A stretch of DNA of 64,000 nt. It comes from Patescibacteria group bacterium (GTDB lineage Bacteria; Patescibacteriota; Microgenomatia; UBA1400; PJMF01). The position numbers and the translations under genes are program-made. Below, piece after piece: positions 38,174-47,423 of the stretch. Numbering within the stretch: the first letter of the stretch is position 1; each line of letters opens with the position of its first letter. Below the pieces are notes generated by a model, which was not told where the DNA came from, did no database searches, and saw only the letters and a list, made by a program, of their open reading frames with translations. The stretch covers positions 11,356 through 75,355 of the forward strand of contig JACFOI010000004.1 in assembly GCA_019454415.1 (NCBI GenBank), in the 5' to 3' direction.

Positions 38174-39442
38174 TCAGTGAGCGTGGGTGTGAATATGCGT
38201 CCCATGAGTTTTGGCGCTTTTGCCGCGTTGGGGGCGGTAGATGGCAAAGTAACTGGCCGCGAGCGTAGCGAGCGGCACTGCCAAAACCAGGCCTAGCGAG
38301 CCAGTCAAGGTCCGCACGACTTCTTCGGCAATCATCTCGCTGTTCACTGCTACCCAAGCAGGCTGTGTTTTATTCAGTGTGAAAAGAAGGAACAGCGGCA
38401 AGCTGCTCCCTGCATAGGCCAAGATCAGGGTATTAACAAGTGAAGCTACGTGATCTTTGCCCACAGCCAGACCCCGATTGTATAGCTCCATAAACTCAAT
38501 ATCTGGTTTCGCCTCTTTGAGTTGAGTTACGATCGAGATTTGGGAAATCGTAATATCGTCGAGTACACCCAGCGTTCCTAGCATGATGCCGCCAAGCAGT
38601 AACCCCTGAAGGTTCAGCCGTGCTGACGGCCCAAACTGCAAGTAGTACGCCTCCTCACTCCCTAGTCCCACCAAGTAGGACAGGTGGACGGTGATGTACG
38701 ACAAGAGACTTACCGCAGCCAACGTCATAAACATGGCGGCCAGCGCAATGTGGCTTTCCCGGGTGACTCCATGACTCAGGTACACCGTCAACGTGGCGAT
38801 TACGCAACAGCCGATCAAGCTGACCAGGATCGGATTCTGGCCAGCCAGAATCTGAGGCACAATCTGGAAAGTTAAGACGAATAAACTCAAGACCATGCCC
38901 ATGATCGAGAAGAAACCTTGTCTGCGGGCAATAAAGATAACTAGACCAAAGAAACCAATCGCCAGCCACATCAGTGTTGGTAGCCGATAGATATCCGCCA
39001 AGACATACTCCCAGTGCCCTGCTGAGAGCTCCATATAGGCAAGTACCACTTGGGTGCCTACTTTGACGCGCTGTCGCTCATTGAGCGGCTGGAACTCGTT
39101 CCCCGCTTGGAGCTCTACCGTCTCCCCGTTGTCATGACGGCGGACTTTGACTACTTGGGTGTAGTAGTCGATTCCATCGATAACCTGCCGTTTTTCGGAC
39201 ATAATTTCGGTGACTGTTCCGGTGTAGTACTGGGGTGGGGTAATTCCAGAAGTAAGGTTAGGCGGAATACTTGATTCCTCTATGCTCTCTTCAGTTTGTG
39301 CAGGCTGAGCTGCCGCGGAAGCTTCTTGACCAGCTTGCACCGGTTGTTGCCCATGCACTACCGGCGCTTGCCAAAATGCCACGACGAGCAGGAATAGGCT
39401 GCAAATAACCGTCAAAAGTGTGGAGCGTTTAAACGTTTTCAT
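38174..39442 (-). CDS. Polytopic membrane protein, YibE/F-like architecture
   Basis: An N-terminal TM is followed by a roughly 150-aa extracytoplasmic domain and at least six TM helices. The family assignment is tentative. Confidence 0.35.
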   Translation of the reverse strand: MKTFKRSTLLTVICSLFLLVVAFWQAPVVHGQQPVQAGQEASAAAQPAQTEESIEESSIPPNLTSGITPPQYYTGTVTEIMSEKRQVIDGIDYYTQVVKVRRHDNGETVELQAGNEFQPLNERQRVKVGTQVVLAYMELSAGHWEYVLADIYRLPTLMWLAIGFFGLVIFIARRQGFFSIMGMVLSLFVLTFQIVPQILAGQNPILVSLIGCCVIATLTVYLSHGVTRESHIALAAMFMTLAAVSLLSYITVHLSYLVGLGSEEAYYLQFGPSARLNLQGLLLGGIMLGTLGVLDDITISQISIVTQLKEAKPDIEFMELYNRGLAVGKDHVASLVNTLILAYAGSSLPLFLLFTLNKTQPAWVAVNSEMIAEEVVRTLTGSLGLVLAVPLATLAASYFAIYRPQRGKSAKTHGTHIHTHAH

Positions 39443-40145
39443 TCTCTTTCTCGATGACGTCCTGCGTTGCTTCAGCAACTTCTTGCCCGACTGTGTCAAT
39501 ATCCGGCGGTGGACCGGGGGGTGCAGTGGGAGCTGGCACCTTTTCTTTACTTAAAATAATTGAGCTGGCAGTGGGATCGGTACTGTGGACTTGGGTGATA
39601 GCATACAACACGGTTTGCTTGGGCTGTTGAGTAACCACGTTATCGTAACTTGGCTCATAGACTGTGTAGTGTTCGGCGTCGCCAGGGGCTACGATGGCAT
39701 GTGAGACAGACTGCGGACGGATCGTATCAATCAGCGCAGGATTATAGGAAATAATGACGGGTCTCTCTTGCGCCAGTTCTCCGTCGATAATTTCAATCGA
39801 AGGCAATAGGCGCCTGAGGTAGACACCTTTGGCCACCACCCGTTCGACCTCATTCATGCTGGGGAGCTTCTCCGGTGTAGTCTTGGGGTAGTCTTGCAGG
39901 AATAGCGAGTTCCAGACTTCTCTGGCAAAGAGAGATGGCTCGGCATTGATCAGCGTGACCTCCAGTCCGTGCTGGAGTAAACAGTCCGCCATCTCAGTCA
40001 TCAAGCTGCCGAAGCTATGGTGGTGAAGATAGTCATTTAAGGAACGCATCGAGTATGGCAGACCATAGTAATCCAAGAGTGTTGCCACGACTGCAAAGTC
40101 GGATGTGTTAAAAGTATGAGGAACTGGCTGAAAAACTTTGGGCAT
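39429..40145 (-). CDS. Hypothetical protein with a Pro-rich C-terminus (PAPTAPPGPPPD)
   Basis: 238 aa with no recognisable motif. It overlaps the downstream membrane-protein gene by 14 nt. Confidence 0.35.
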   Translation of the reverse strand: MPKVFQPVPHTFNTSDFAVVATLLDYYGLPYSMRSLNDYLHHHSFGSLMTEMADCLLQHGLEVTLINAEPSLFAREVWNSLFLQDYPKTTPEKLPSMNEVERVVAKGVYLRRLLPSIEIIDGELAQERPVIISYNPALIDTIRPQSVSHAIVAPGDAEHYTVYEPSYDNVVTQQPKQTVLYAITQVHSTDPTASSIILSKEKVPAPTAPPGPPPDIDTVGQEVAEATQDVIEKENENV

Positions 40146-40159
40146 AGGACAAGCTACGT

Positions 40160-40690
40160 TTATTGTACGTGGTGCAACTCATCAAGGGCAATCTGATGAA
40201 TCGCGCCGTACAGCTGGCCGTAGTCATACCACGCAAAACCTTTGTCATGATCTATTTCTCTGGGAAGCTGGCTGTAGCGACGGATTAAGTCTTGCAGCTG
40301 TTCGGTAGTCAATTCCTGCAAAGCCTGGATGTCATCGCTAGGATGAAGCTGTTGTGTGCCCACATCTGCCAAGAAAAGCTCTGTCACAAAGGTATAGTGC
40401 TGGCCAGTGCTGCGTTCCTCGATCTCAGCAGTAATGGTGCTCAGGGGTTTGAGCTCATTGGGCGACAGCTCCAGGCCAGTTTCCTCAAACAGCTCGCGCG
40501 CCGCCGCAGGCGGCGCTGCTTCTCCCTCCTCTATTCCCCCACCTACCATCCGGTAGATCTGGTCCGGGTAGAGTGTTTTGGAGCCCAGGACAAACTTGCC
40601 TTGGGCGTTCCGTAGCAGCACTAGGACATGATGTTTTCGTTTGGCGACTTGAGGAACTACGTCCATGGAGAGCTGAAGCGTGTGTTGCAT
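40160..40690 (-). CDS. NUDIX hydrolase
   Basis: The Nudix box reads GGGIEEGEAAPPAAARELFEETGLE. Confidence 0.75.
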   Translation of the reverse strand: MQHTLQLSMDVVPQVAKRKHHVLVLLRNAQGKFVLGSKTLYPDQIYRMVGGGIEEGEAAPPAAARELFEETGLELSPNELKPLSTITAEIEERSTGQHYTFVTELFLADVGTQQLHPSDDIQALQELTTEQLQDLIRRYSQLPREIDHDKGFAWYDYGQLYGAIHQIALDELHHVQ

Positions 40691-40770
40691 AGAGGCGTTT
40701 TGTTGGTGCCCTGATTGTAGTCACAGATGCAGAGAAGCGAAAGTATTGGTATAATCCTACAGCCTCGAGC

Positions 40771-40844
40771 GGGTCAGTAGCTCAGTCGGTTAGAGCATCT
40801 GCCTCTTAAGCAGAGTGTCGTGGGTTCGAGTCCCACCTGACCCA
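40771..40844 (+). tRNA. tRNA-Lys (anticodon CTT)
   Basis: The sequence is GGGTCAGTAGCTCAGTCGGTTAGAGCATCTGCCTCTTAAGCAGAGTGTCGTGGGTTCGAGTCCCACCTGACCCA, with anticodon loop CT-CTT-AA. Confidence 0.9.
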
Positions 40845-40985
40845 CAGAATGTGTTAAAATAGCTTCCTATGGTGTTCAAACAACTCACCACTCGCACTTA
40901 TCATTACTGGACCGTCTAACGGAGCCAGTAGTTGTTGCGTGAAAAAAGTTGTTTAGCAAAAAAGCAAAATCGTTACAAACTGGCT

Positions 40986-41013
40986 CCACAAATGGCCAGT
41001 TTTTTTGTGCCCA
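40986..41013 (+). terminator. Candidate intrinsic terminator downstream of tRNA-Lys
   Basis: ACTGGC-tccacaaat-GCCAGT is followed by TTTTTTT. Confidence 0.4.
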
Positions 41014-41025
41014 GAAAAGGAAACT

Positions 41026-41460
41026 ATGAAAATTATCTTTGATTACAACAGAACACTTTTTAACCCGGACAGCGGTGACGTTTTCCCCGGTGTTTTCCGG
41101 CTGCTTAAAACCCTGGCTCCCAAGCACGAGCTGTTTTTGATTACGCTCGATAAGCCAGAGCGAAAGAGCTCGGCTGCGATTACAGAGATGGCGCCGTTTT
41201 TCAAAGACGTCGTGTTTGTTGAGCGTAAAACTGTCAGTGTCTTCCAAACCATCGTGGGCCAAGACAAGAACGTTTTGATTATTGGCGACCGCTTGGAAGA
41301 TGAGATCAGGATCGGGATCAAGTTGGGGTTGCCCACCATTCACGTCCGCGGCAAGACTTCTACTAGCCTGAAGCGTTTTTTCCCGAGGAAACAACGCCCC
41401 ACCCACACTGTCCCTTCGATTGATGCTGTCTTGGAGATTATTGAAACCTATGAAAAGTAA
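41026..41460 (+). CDS. Small HAD-like hydrolase
   Basis: MKIIFDYNRTLF resembles HAD motif I and LIIGDRLEDEI resembles motif IV. I prefer it over the overlapping antisense ORF 40885..41406. Confidence 0.45.
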   Translation: MKIIFDYNRTLFNPDSGDVFPGVFRLLKTLAPKHELFLITLDKPERKSSAAITEMAPFFKDVVFVERKTVSVFQTIVGQDKNVLIIGDRLEDEIRIGIKLGLPTIHVRGKTSTSLKRFFPRKQRPTHTVPSIDAVLEIIETYEK

Positions 41461-41613
41461 CCAACAGAAGACCTCCTATTACTGGCATATCCCTTCCCAC
41501 AACCCAACGGGTTGGGGTTGTTGGATGTGTTTCTGGCAACACAGGAACCTATCCAGTAGTCCCAATCTCGAGACTACACTGCGCTCTTTAACACAACGAA
41601 AGAAGGTAAAACG

Positions 41614-42876
41614 ATGTACCAACAGCTTCGCGCCGTGGTGGATGCGTCGGGCATCTGGAGCGGCAACCGTGAACGGACGCACGCTTTTCTGCTCTCTCCC
41701 AGTGTCTACCAGATTACGCCAGCTCAACGTGACGAGCTTCAGGATCTGGGTCGGGCAATCTTTGACTGCCTCTCCGGCTTGTCTCATATCGGGGTCATTG
41801 CCTATGACCAAAGTCTGAACTACACCGGGGCTTGGCGACTGGTCCGCAAAGTCTTCTCCACAGGCGTTCCGCAAATCTACCAAGAGCTTCAGGGCATGAA
41901 TGTCAAAGACATCCCCCGGCTGCTCAAGGTCGACCTGATGGTCGACCAAGACGGCAACTTCAAGATTGCCGAGATTGACGGACACAACAAACACGGGCTG
42001 GGCTACTCAACGCTCGGCAAACGTTTTCGTCAGGCTATCTACCCGGACGCGCGGGCTTTACCCGGCACAGTCAAGCTGCTAGTGACAGAGATGCAGCGCA
42101 CCGGACAGGACGTTGCCAAGCTGTTCTTTGCCGACCAAGAACGCTTCTATCTGCCAGAGTTCGAGGTCGCTCAGCAGGAGTTTGCAGCTGAAGGTGCAAC
42201 GCTCCAGCTGTTGCCGGAGCTGCAAGTAAGCTCGGCGCAGCTTCAGGACGGCATCTTCCTTGATCTGCCGTTCCTCTACAAACGGACAGCTCTCTACACC
42301 CCCATCATCGCTTCCTATCGGACGGGTCAGGTACGGTTTGTGATTCCGCCTAAACCGTTCATGGGAGCAAAAGGGTTACTGGCAATCGTGCGAAACGATA
42401 CTGGCGATGAACTGCTGGAGTCACTGCTTCAGACGTTTATCAAGCCGAAGTCGCTGGAACTGGTACGTCGGTACATTCCTCCGACTCTGCTGGTGGGCAA
42501 GATGGCGGCCGGTATGGAACAAGTTCAGGCGTTGACCGCGACCAACCGCTACGTGCTGAAGGAGTCGATTTCCAGTGGCATGAAAGGAACGGTCTTCTCA
42601 GACGATCCAGCCTTCAATCAAACCCTCAAAGTTGCGAGCGCAACCCAGTTGAACTGGATTCTGCAAGAGGAAGTGGTCAATCAACCACAGACTTTCTCAT
42701 GGTACGAAAACGGCGGCAATCGCGCCCCGGTTCTCCGTACCGCAGACGACTGGTTCATGCGGGTGACTGTCCAGTACGTCCAACATCAACTGGCGGACGT
42801 AATTGTGACAGCGCGACGGGACAAAGCCGTTCACGGTGCAAAAGACTGCATCCAGATCGGAACGGTGATTGTCTAA
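41614..42876 (+). CDS. Hypothetical 420-aa protein, possibly an ATP-grasp-fold amide ligase (glutathionylspermidine-synthase-like or circularly permuted ATP-grasp)
   Basis: LLKVDLMVDQDGNFKIAEIDGHN resembles the ...lEyNaDtP strand of GspS/CP-ATP-grasp enzymes. The assignment is weak. Confidence 0.25.
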   Translation: MYQQLRAVVDASGIWSGNRERTHAFLLSPSVYQITPAQRDELQDLGRAIFDCLSGLSHIGVIAYDQSLNYTGAWRLVRKVFSTGVPQIYQELQGMNVKDIPRLLKVDLMVDQDGNFKIAEIDGHNKHGLGYSTLGKRFRQAIYPDARALPGTVKLLVTEMQRTGQDVAKLFFADQERFYLPEFEVAQQEFAAEGATLQLLPELQVSSAQLQDGIFLDLPFLYKRTALYTPIIASYRTGQVRFVIPPKPFMGAKGLLAIVRNDTGDELLESLLQTFIKPKSLELVRRYIPPTLLVGKMAAGMEQVQALTATNRYVLKESISSGMKGTVFSDDPAFNQTLKVASATQLNWILQEEVVNQPQTFSWYENGGNRAPVLRTADDWFMRVTVQYVQHQLADVIVTARRDKAVHGAKDCIQIGTVIV

Positions 42877-42882
42877 GCAGAA

Positions 42883-42914
42883 AGAGCCAACAGCAATGTT
42901 GGCTCTTTTTTTTG
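42883..42914 (+). terminator. Rho-independent terminator
   Basis: An 8-bp stem AGAGCCAA/TTGGCTCT with loop cagcaatg is followed by TTTTTTTT, six nt after the stop codon. Confidence 0.7.
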
Positions 42915-43118
42915 TTTCAGGCAGGGAAGACGCAGCTTGAATGATCATTTTTGGAAATTATTGCAATTGTGGTAATCGTAGTAATTACTATATTTACAAC
43001 AAAAGCAAAAAAACAGCCACTTGGGTGGCAATAAGAACTACAGAACCTATAAGATTGCTATTTCGCACTTTCTTTGTATAATGCAGAAATCCGTCCACGA
43101 GTTTCTCGGAGGCGAGAC

Positions 43119-43253
43119 ATGTACCCGAGTGTACAGAAGTGGTATGACCGTTTGAGTGGCTGGCAGAAAGTTGTCTATAAACTGCTTTCTTTTGTCGGTC
43201 AGGAAGAACGAGCGTATCACTGGTTCGGCTACTACCAGCAGAACCCTAAGTAG
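43119..43253 (+). CDS. Small ORF (44 aa, aromatic-rich) with a good RBS. Not in the ORF track.
   Basis: GGAGG lies 6 nt upstream of the ATG. The product is MYPSVQKWYDRLSGWQKVVYKLLSFVGQEERAYHWFGYYQQNPK. A strong GC hairpin follows. Confidence 0.3.
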   Translation: MYPSVQKWYDRLSGWQKVVYKLLSFVGQEERAYHWFGYYQQNPK

Positions 43254-43285
43254 GGCTGCTGGTGGGACATCGAACCGACCAACAG

Positions 43286-43312
43286 TGGGGGCCGCAGCAA
43301 GCTGCGGCCCCT
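43286..43312 (+). terminator. Strong GC-rich hairpin (10-11-bp perfect stem GGGGCCGCAGC/GCTGCGGCCCC), a possible terminator or structured element
   Basis: The stem is visible in the sequence. The downstream tract ttctactatct is only partly U-rich. Confidence 0.35.
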
Positions 43313-43370
43313 TCTACTATCTCTGGCAATTTAAGATTTGCTTTTAAGTAATTTGTGTTACTATCAAACT

Positions 43371-43643
43371 ATGTCTAACCCAGAACTCCCTACTCAAGTT
43401 TTTGAAATTATTCACAGCTCCAACCAGGCCGGAAAACGCATTGACATGCGCGAACTATCTTCAGGTCGTGAAGTAGCTGCTCCGTTGCGCGGTGTTTCGG
43501 TCACAGAGTTACGAGAAGCTCTGTCTGATCTGGAAGCACGTCAATTGATTGCTTTTGTTGGCGGCGAGATTGGGTACACGGTACTTCAAACGATTGCAGC
43601 TGACTCTACTGAAGAGCCGATAGAGAACTCAGAAACTGTCTGA
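43371..43643 (+). CDS. Small hypothetical protein (90 aa), possibly a winged-helix DNA-binding fold
   Basis: The start is the internal ATG giving MSNPELPTQVFEIIHSS... The helix-turn-helix-like segment SVTELREALSDLEARQLIAF is present. No confident family. Confidence 0.3.
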   Translation: MSNPELPTQVFEIIHSSNQAGKRIDMRELSSGREVAAPLRGVSVTELREALSDLEARQLIAFVGGEIGYTVLQTIAADSTEEPIENSETV

Positions 43644-43669
43644 GTCTGCGTATGGAGGCCTGAAGCTCT

Positions 43670-44029
43670 ATGGCAGTTCGACAGGAAAGTCAAGCCATTA
43701 GCCCCCGCAGTAGAATCAACTACTTTGTCGTTGGTCAGTTAGCCGATCTGATGATCACGTACACTGCGCTTAGCCACTTAGAGGGTTTCCGAGAAGTTGG
43801 ACCTGCTGGTAGTTCGATGATTACAGAAGATAGCAACCGACTGATCATCGCTAAGATTGCCGTGACTGCTTTTCTTGCCGGTTTGTATGCAATCACTCGG
43901 GACAAAAATCCGCGGGCTGAGTTTATCGGCAGAAAATCTCTAGAGCTGAGTACTGCTATCGTCTACTTAATTCTGGCCAGTAATGTTCTGCAAGTTGCCC
44001 CAGAGGTACTTCGTCAACTGGGAAGATAA
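43670..44029 (+). CDS. Small membrane protein (119 aa, 3-4 TM helices)
   Basis: Hydrophobic helices are evident (IAKIAVTAFLAGLYAI, LSTAIVYLILASNVL). Confidence 0.35.
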   Translation: MAVRQESQAISPRSRINYFVVGQLADLMITYTALSHLEGFREVGPAGSSMITEDSNRLIIAKIAVTAFLAGLYAITRDKNPRAEFIGRKSLELSTAIVYLILASNVLQVAPEVLRQLGR

Positions 44030-44295
44030 GGGTTTTCCTACAAAGAGCTCTATCGATTCCCACGTTTCTTGACTCGGTTAAAGGTTGGTCCGACATTTGT
44101 TGTAGAACGGGCAGCACTTTTTTGAGATAAATGGAAGTTTTGACTGGCCTGAAAGGCAGCCAGTTGGGCGGCGATTGCGTTAGCTGTCTCTGACTTTGTT
44201 TTCTGTTTCTTTTTCTTTGGCATACTTTACTTTTATCCTACCGTGTTTTTCTGAGTTTTAAAGACTCTCCCTGCGAAATACGCTATACTTACCGC

Positions 44296-46458
44296 ATGTC
44301 GGAAGATCAATCTGCTGCTTCCTCTCTTCCCCAGAGGAGTCCTGTACCTGCCAAAAATCTTTCTAAACGACAGATCTTCCTGTTTGTAGCGCTGTGTGTA
44401 GTGCTGGCAGGTGGTTTTCTCTTCTACAATCTTTCAAATCTCGCCAATAGATCTATCCTCCCGCTTCCTAACTCTCCCTTCACTCCGGCACCCAGATTCC
44501 AAGGCAACTTTGAACTCAAAAAGTTCCGCTCGGCAGAAGAGTTGCAGCAGTACATCCAGGCTAATCAACAGCTTGGAGTTGGTATAGGTCTGATGGAACG
44601 TCAAGCAGTTGCCCCAGCGATGCCTACTAATATGGTCGTAGAAGACAAGGCTCTCTCCTCTACTGGTCAAACGATAGTTGACCGTTACTCGGGAACAAAT
44701 GTCCAAGTGATCGGGATTGATGAACCGGATATCGTTAAAACCAATGGGATCCAAATCTTCTTATCCTCAGAGCGCGGCTGGTGGGATCCTGTTCCGTTAC
44801 CAATGCCGATGCTCCGCGACACGGGTGCCGGCCAAAGTGGCCAAGGAAGTAGTGGCATGGAAATCGCTCCAGATGCAGCTGTCTCATCCTCGATGATGAA
44901 GATTGCTCCGGGCTATCCCGGATACCCTGGCTATCAGCAGCCAACCACGCAAATCTTTAATGCATTTCCACCTGTTGAACTAGCCAAGATCGGGAGTATC
45001 GACACAGCCGGACAGCTGTTACTCTCCGGCAACGACCTGGTCGTATTCGGTTCTCTGAATGGGCAAAGTGTCCTGACTGGTTTTGACATTGACCGCGCTT
45101 CTGCTCCTCAACAGCTCTGGCAGCTCAAACTCCAGGAGAATAACCAACTGGTCACTGCCCGCGCGAAGGACGGTAAGCTCTATGTCATCACTCAGTCTTA
45201 CTTGACTGGTGACACTCCCTGCCCGTATGTGCCTCTGATTCAGACGAACGGCCAACAGCTCACCATCCCCTGTACGGAGATCTACTATCCTGACAGACCT
45301 ATCTCGGGCGTCGATGCCACCTTCACGGCCATGATTATTAACCCGGCTACCGGAGATGTTGAAAAAACGACGTCCTTTGTGGGTTCAGTCACTAACACCA
45401 TCATCTACATGTCTCCCAACTCGTTGTATCTGACCTATCAAGAACAGGCAGACATGGTCGAGTTTTTGTACGGCTTTATCTCCGAAAAAGGGAGCGATCT
45501 TTTCCCGACTAGTGTCAAAGACAGGCTGGCGCGTTTACAGAGCTATGACTTAAGCCGCCAAGCCAAGATGGTCGAGCTGCAAAGCATTTTAGACAGCTAC
45601 CAACGTTCCCTGAATAAAGATGAACGTCTCCGCCAGGAGAACGAGCTCCAGAATCGCATGCAAGATTACCTCAACAGTCATAGCCGGGAGCTGGAACAGA
45701 CCTTGATCGTCAAACTGAATGTCACTAATCTTTCCACACAGGCTACCGGCGGTGTACCTGGCTACTTACTCAATCAGTTTTCCATGGACGAGTATCAAGG
45801 GAACTTGCGGGTCGCGACTACTTTCGGACAAACATGGACCCAGTTTGGCCAAGCTGAATCTGCCAGCGATGTCTATGTACTGGACGGCAGTTTGCAGCAA
45901 CGCGGTGTTGTCACTGATCTGGGTAAAGGTGAGCGCATCTACGCGGTCCGTTTCCTGGATAACAAAGGTTATGTGGTTACTTTCAAACAGGTCGATCCGT
46001 TTTATGTTCTCGATTTAAGCAACCCCACCAACCCTCACCAAGCCGGTGAACTGAAGATTCCGGGATACTCCTCCTACCTTCATCCGATCGGGACTGATCG
46101 TGTCGTGGGTATCGGCATGGAAAACAACCAAGTGAAGGTCTCCCTCTTTGACATCAGCAATCCAAACTCTCCGCAGGAGCTCAGCAAGTACCTGCTGGAT
46201 GAGTACTGGACCGAGGTCATGTCTACCCATCATGCTTTCCTACTGGATGACCAGCACCAGGTCTTCTTTATGCCCGGCAGTAAAGGCGGCTATATCTTTT
46301 CTTATGCCGACGATGTCTTGAAGCTGGCCAAAGCAGTCAGCCAGAGCCAGGTCAAGCGGGCACTGTTCATCAACAACTATCTATTTGTGATTGGTGAGCA
46401 GGGAATAACCGTCCTCAATGAAGCCGATTGGCAAGCAGTCAAAGAGCTGAGTTGGTAG
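44296..46458 (+). CDS. Membrane-anchored secreted beta-propeller domain protein (PF09826-like)
   Basis: An N-terminal TM anchor is present. YVLDLSNPTNPHQAGELKIPGYSSYLHPIG is reminiscent of the archaeal/bacterial 'beta propeller domain' family. Confidence 0.5.
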   Translation: MSEDQSAASSLPQRSPVPAKNLSKRQIFLFVALCVVLAGGFLFYNLSNLANRSILPLPNSPFTPAPRFQGNFELKKFRSAEELQQYIQANQQLGVGIGLMERQAVAPAMPTNMVVEDKALSSTGQTIVDRYSGTNVQVIGIDEPDIVKTNGIQIFLSSERGWWDPVPLPMPMLRDTGAGQSGQGSSGMEIAPDAAVSSSMMKIAPGYPGYPGYQQPTTQIFNAFPPVELAKIGSIDTAGQLLLSGNDLVVFGSLNGQSVLTGFDIDRASAPQQLWQLKLQENNQLVTARAKDGKLYVITQSYLTGDTPCPYVPLIQTNGQQLTIPCTEIYYPDRPISGVDATFTAMIINPATGDVEKTTSFVGSVTNTIIYMSPNSLYLTYQEQADMVEFLYGFISEKGSDLFPTSVKDRLARLQSYDLSRQAKMVELQSILDSYQRSLNKDERLRQENELQNRMQDYLNSHSRELEQTLIVKLNVTNLSTQATGGVPGYLLNQFSMDEYQGNLRVATTFGQTWTQFGQAESASDVYVLDGSLQQRGVVTDLGKGERIYAVRFLDNKGYVVTFKQVDPFYVLDLSNPTNPHQAGELKIPGYSSYLHPIGTDRVVGIGMENNQVKVSLFDISNPNSPQELSKYLLDEYWTEVMSTHHAFLLDDQHQVFFMPGSKGGYIFSYADDVLKLAKAVSQSQVKRALFINNYLFVIGEQGITVLNEADWQAVKELSW

Positions 46459-46470
46459 TTTTCACAGATG

Positions 46471-46544
46471 TGCACCCAGAGGGATTCGAACCCCCGACCT
46501 ACTGTTCCGAAGACAGTCGCTCTATCCAACTGAGCTATGGGTGC
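46471..46544 (-). tRNA. tRNA-Arg (anticodon TCG)
   Basis: The minus-strand sequence is GCACCCATAGCTCAGTTGGATAGAGCGACTGTCTTCGGAACAGTAGGTCGGGGGTTCGAATCCCTCTGGGTGCA. Confidence 0.85.
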
Positions 46545-46653
46545 GAAAAAGAAAACTCCCGCGCAGAGCGAGCAAGCTCACGCCCATATTATACCAATCA
46601 ATACATCACTAATCTGTGTAGACTTTTGGGTTGATTTAGGTACTATAAGGACC

Positions 46654-47394
46654 ATGGACCTAAACTACACGCCACTTGTTGACAAGTTCATGACTTTCTT
46701 TCGCGTCCGGGAGTCGCTCAGTCAAATGGCTCTGGACGTAGACCGTGACTTCAAGAAGCCATTTATTACCATCGCCCGAGAGCCAGGAAGTGGCGGTGTT
46801 CCCATTGCCAAAGCAGTGGCCAAGAAGCTGGGCTTTATCTGTTTAGACGAACAAGTAATCGATGAGATCGCCAGTTCGACTAAGATGCGGAAGGAGCTCA
46901 TCAAAGCCGTTGATGAAAAAAACCGCACGCATGTCGAAGACATTGTTCAATCGTTGCTTAATCCGGACTATGTGGATGACATTAAGTACGTCACTGAGCT
47001 GACCAAGGTCATCCTGACCTATGCCCTGCAGGGTCAAGTGGTGATCGTAGGACGCGGGGCCAACTTTTTAACCCCGTTTGCCAAAGGCCTGCACGTCAAT
47101 ATCACTGCGCCTTACGAGATCCGGGTCCAGCGGGCGATGGACTTTGAGGGTTTTTCACGCAAGAAAGCAGAGGAAGTAATTGTCAAAGTCGAACGGGAAC
47201 GAAAAGAGTTTGTCAAACAGTACTTCCGGAGAGATCCGTCAAAGATCAACTCTTATGACATCACGCTCAATACCGCCTTCTTTTCAGTTGAACAATCCCG
47301 GGACTTAATTATCGACGCCTTCTGGCATAAGTTCCCATGGTACAAACAAGCGTTTAGTTTCTTCACGCGCTCGGTCCCTCTCCCAGAGAAATAA
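46654..47394 (+). CDS. Cytidylate-kinase-like family protein (PF13189-like P-loop)
   Basis: The P-loop-like segment IAREPGSGGVPIAKAVAKKLGFICLD is present. The start is set at MDLNYT to clear the upstream tRNA. Confidence 0.5.
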   Translation: MDLNYTPLVDKFMTFFRVRESLSQMALDVDRDFKKPFITIAREPGSGGVPIAKAVAKKLGFICLDEQVIDEIASSTKMRKELIKAVDEKNRTHVEDIVQSLLNPDYVDDIKYVTELTKVILTYALQGQVVIVGRGANFLTPFAKGLHVNITAPYEIRVQRAMDFEGFSRKKAEEVIVKVERERKEFVKQYFRRDPSKINSYDITLNTAFFSVEQSRDLIIDAFWHKFPWYKQAFSFFTRSVPLPEK

Positions 47395-47423
47395 CCCATC
47401 AGCTCTGCGAGTAGAATGGCAGT

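Noticed and set aside
40845-41025. Possible integration scar downstream of tRNA-Lys
   Set aside because: The region is low-GC but contains only a terminator-like hairpin. There is no repeat of the tRNA 3' end and no mobility genes.
40885-41406. A 173-aa minus-strand ORF
   Set aside because: It is antisense to the plus-strand HAD-like ORF, which has recognisable HAD motifs I and IV and a terminator-delimited context. The plus-strand gene is preferred.
46428-46634. A 68-aa plus-strand ORF
   Set aside because: It overlaps tRNA-Arg and the trimmed start of the cytidylate-kinase-like gene, and has no coding signal.
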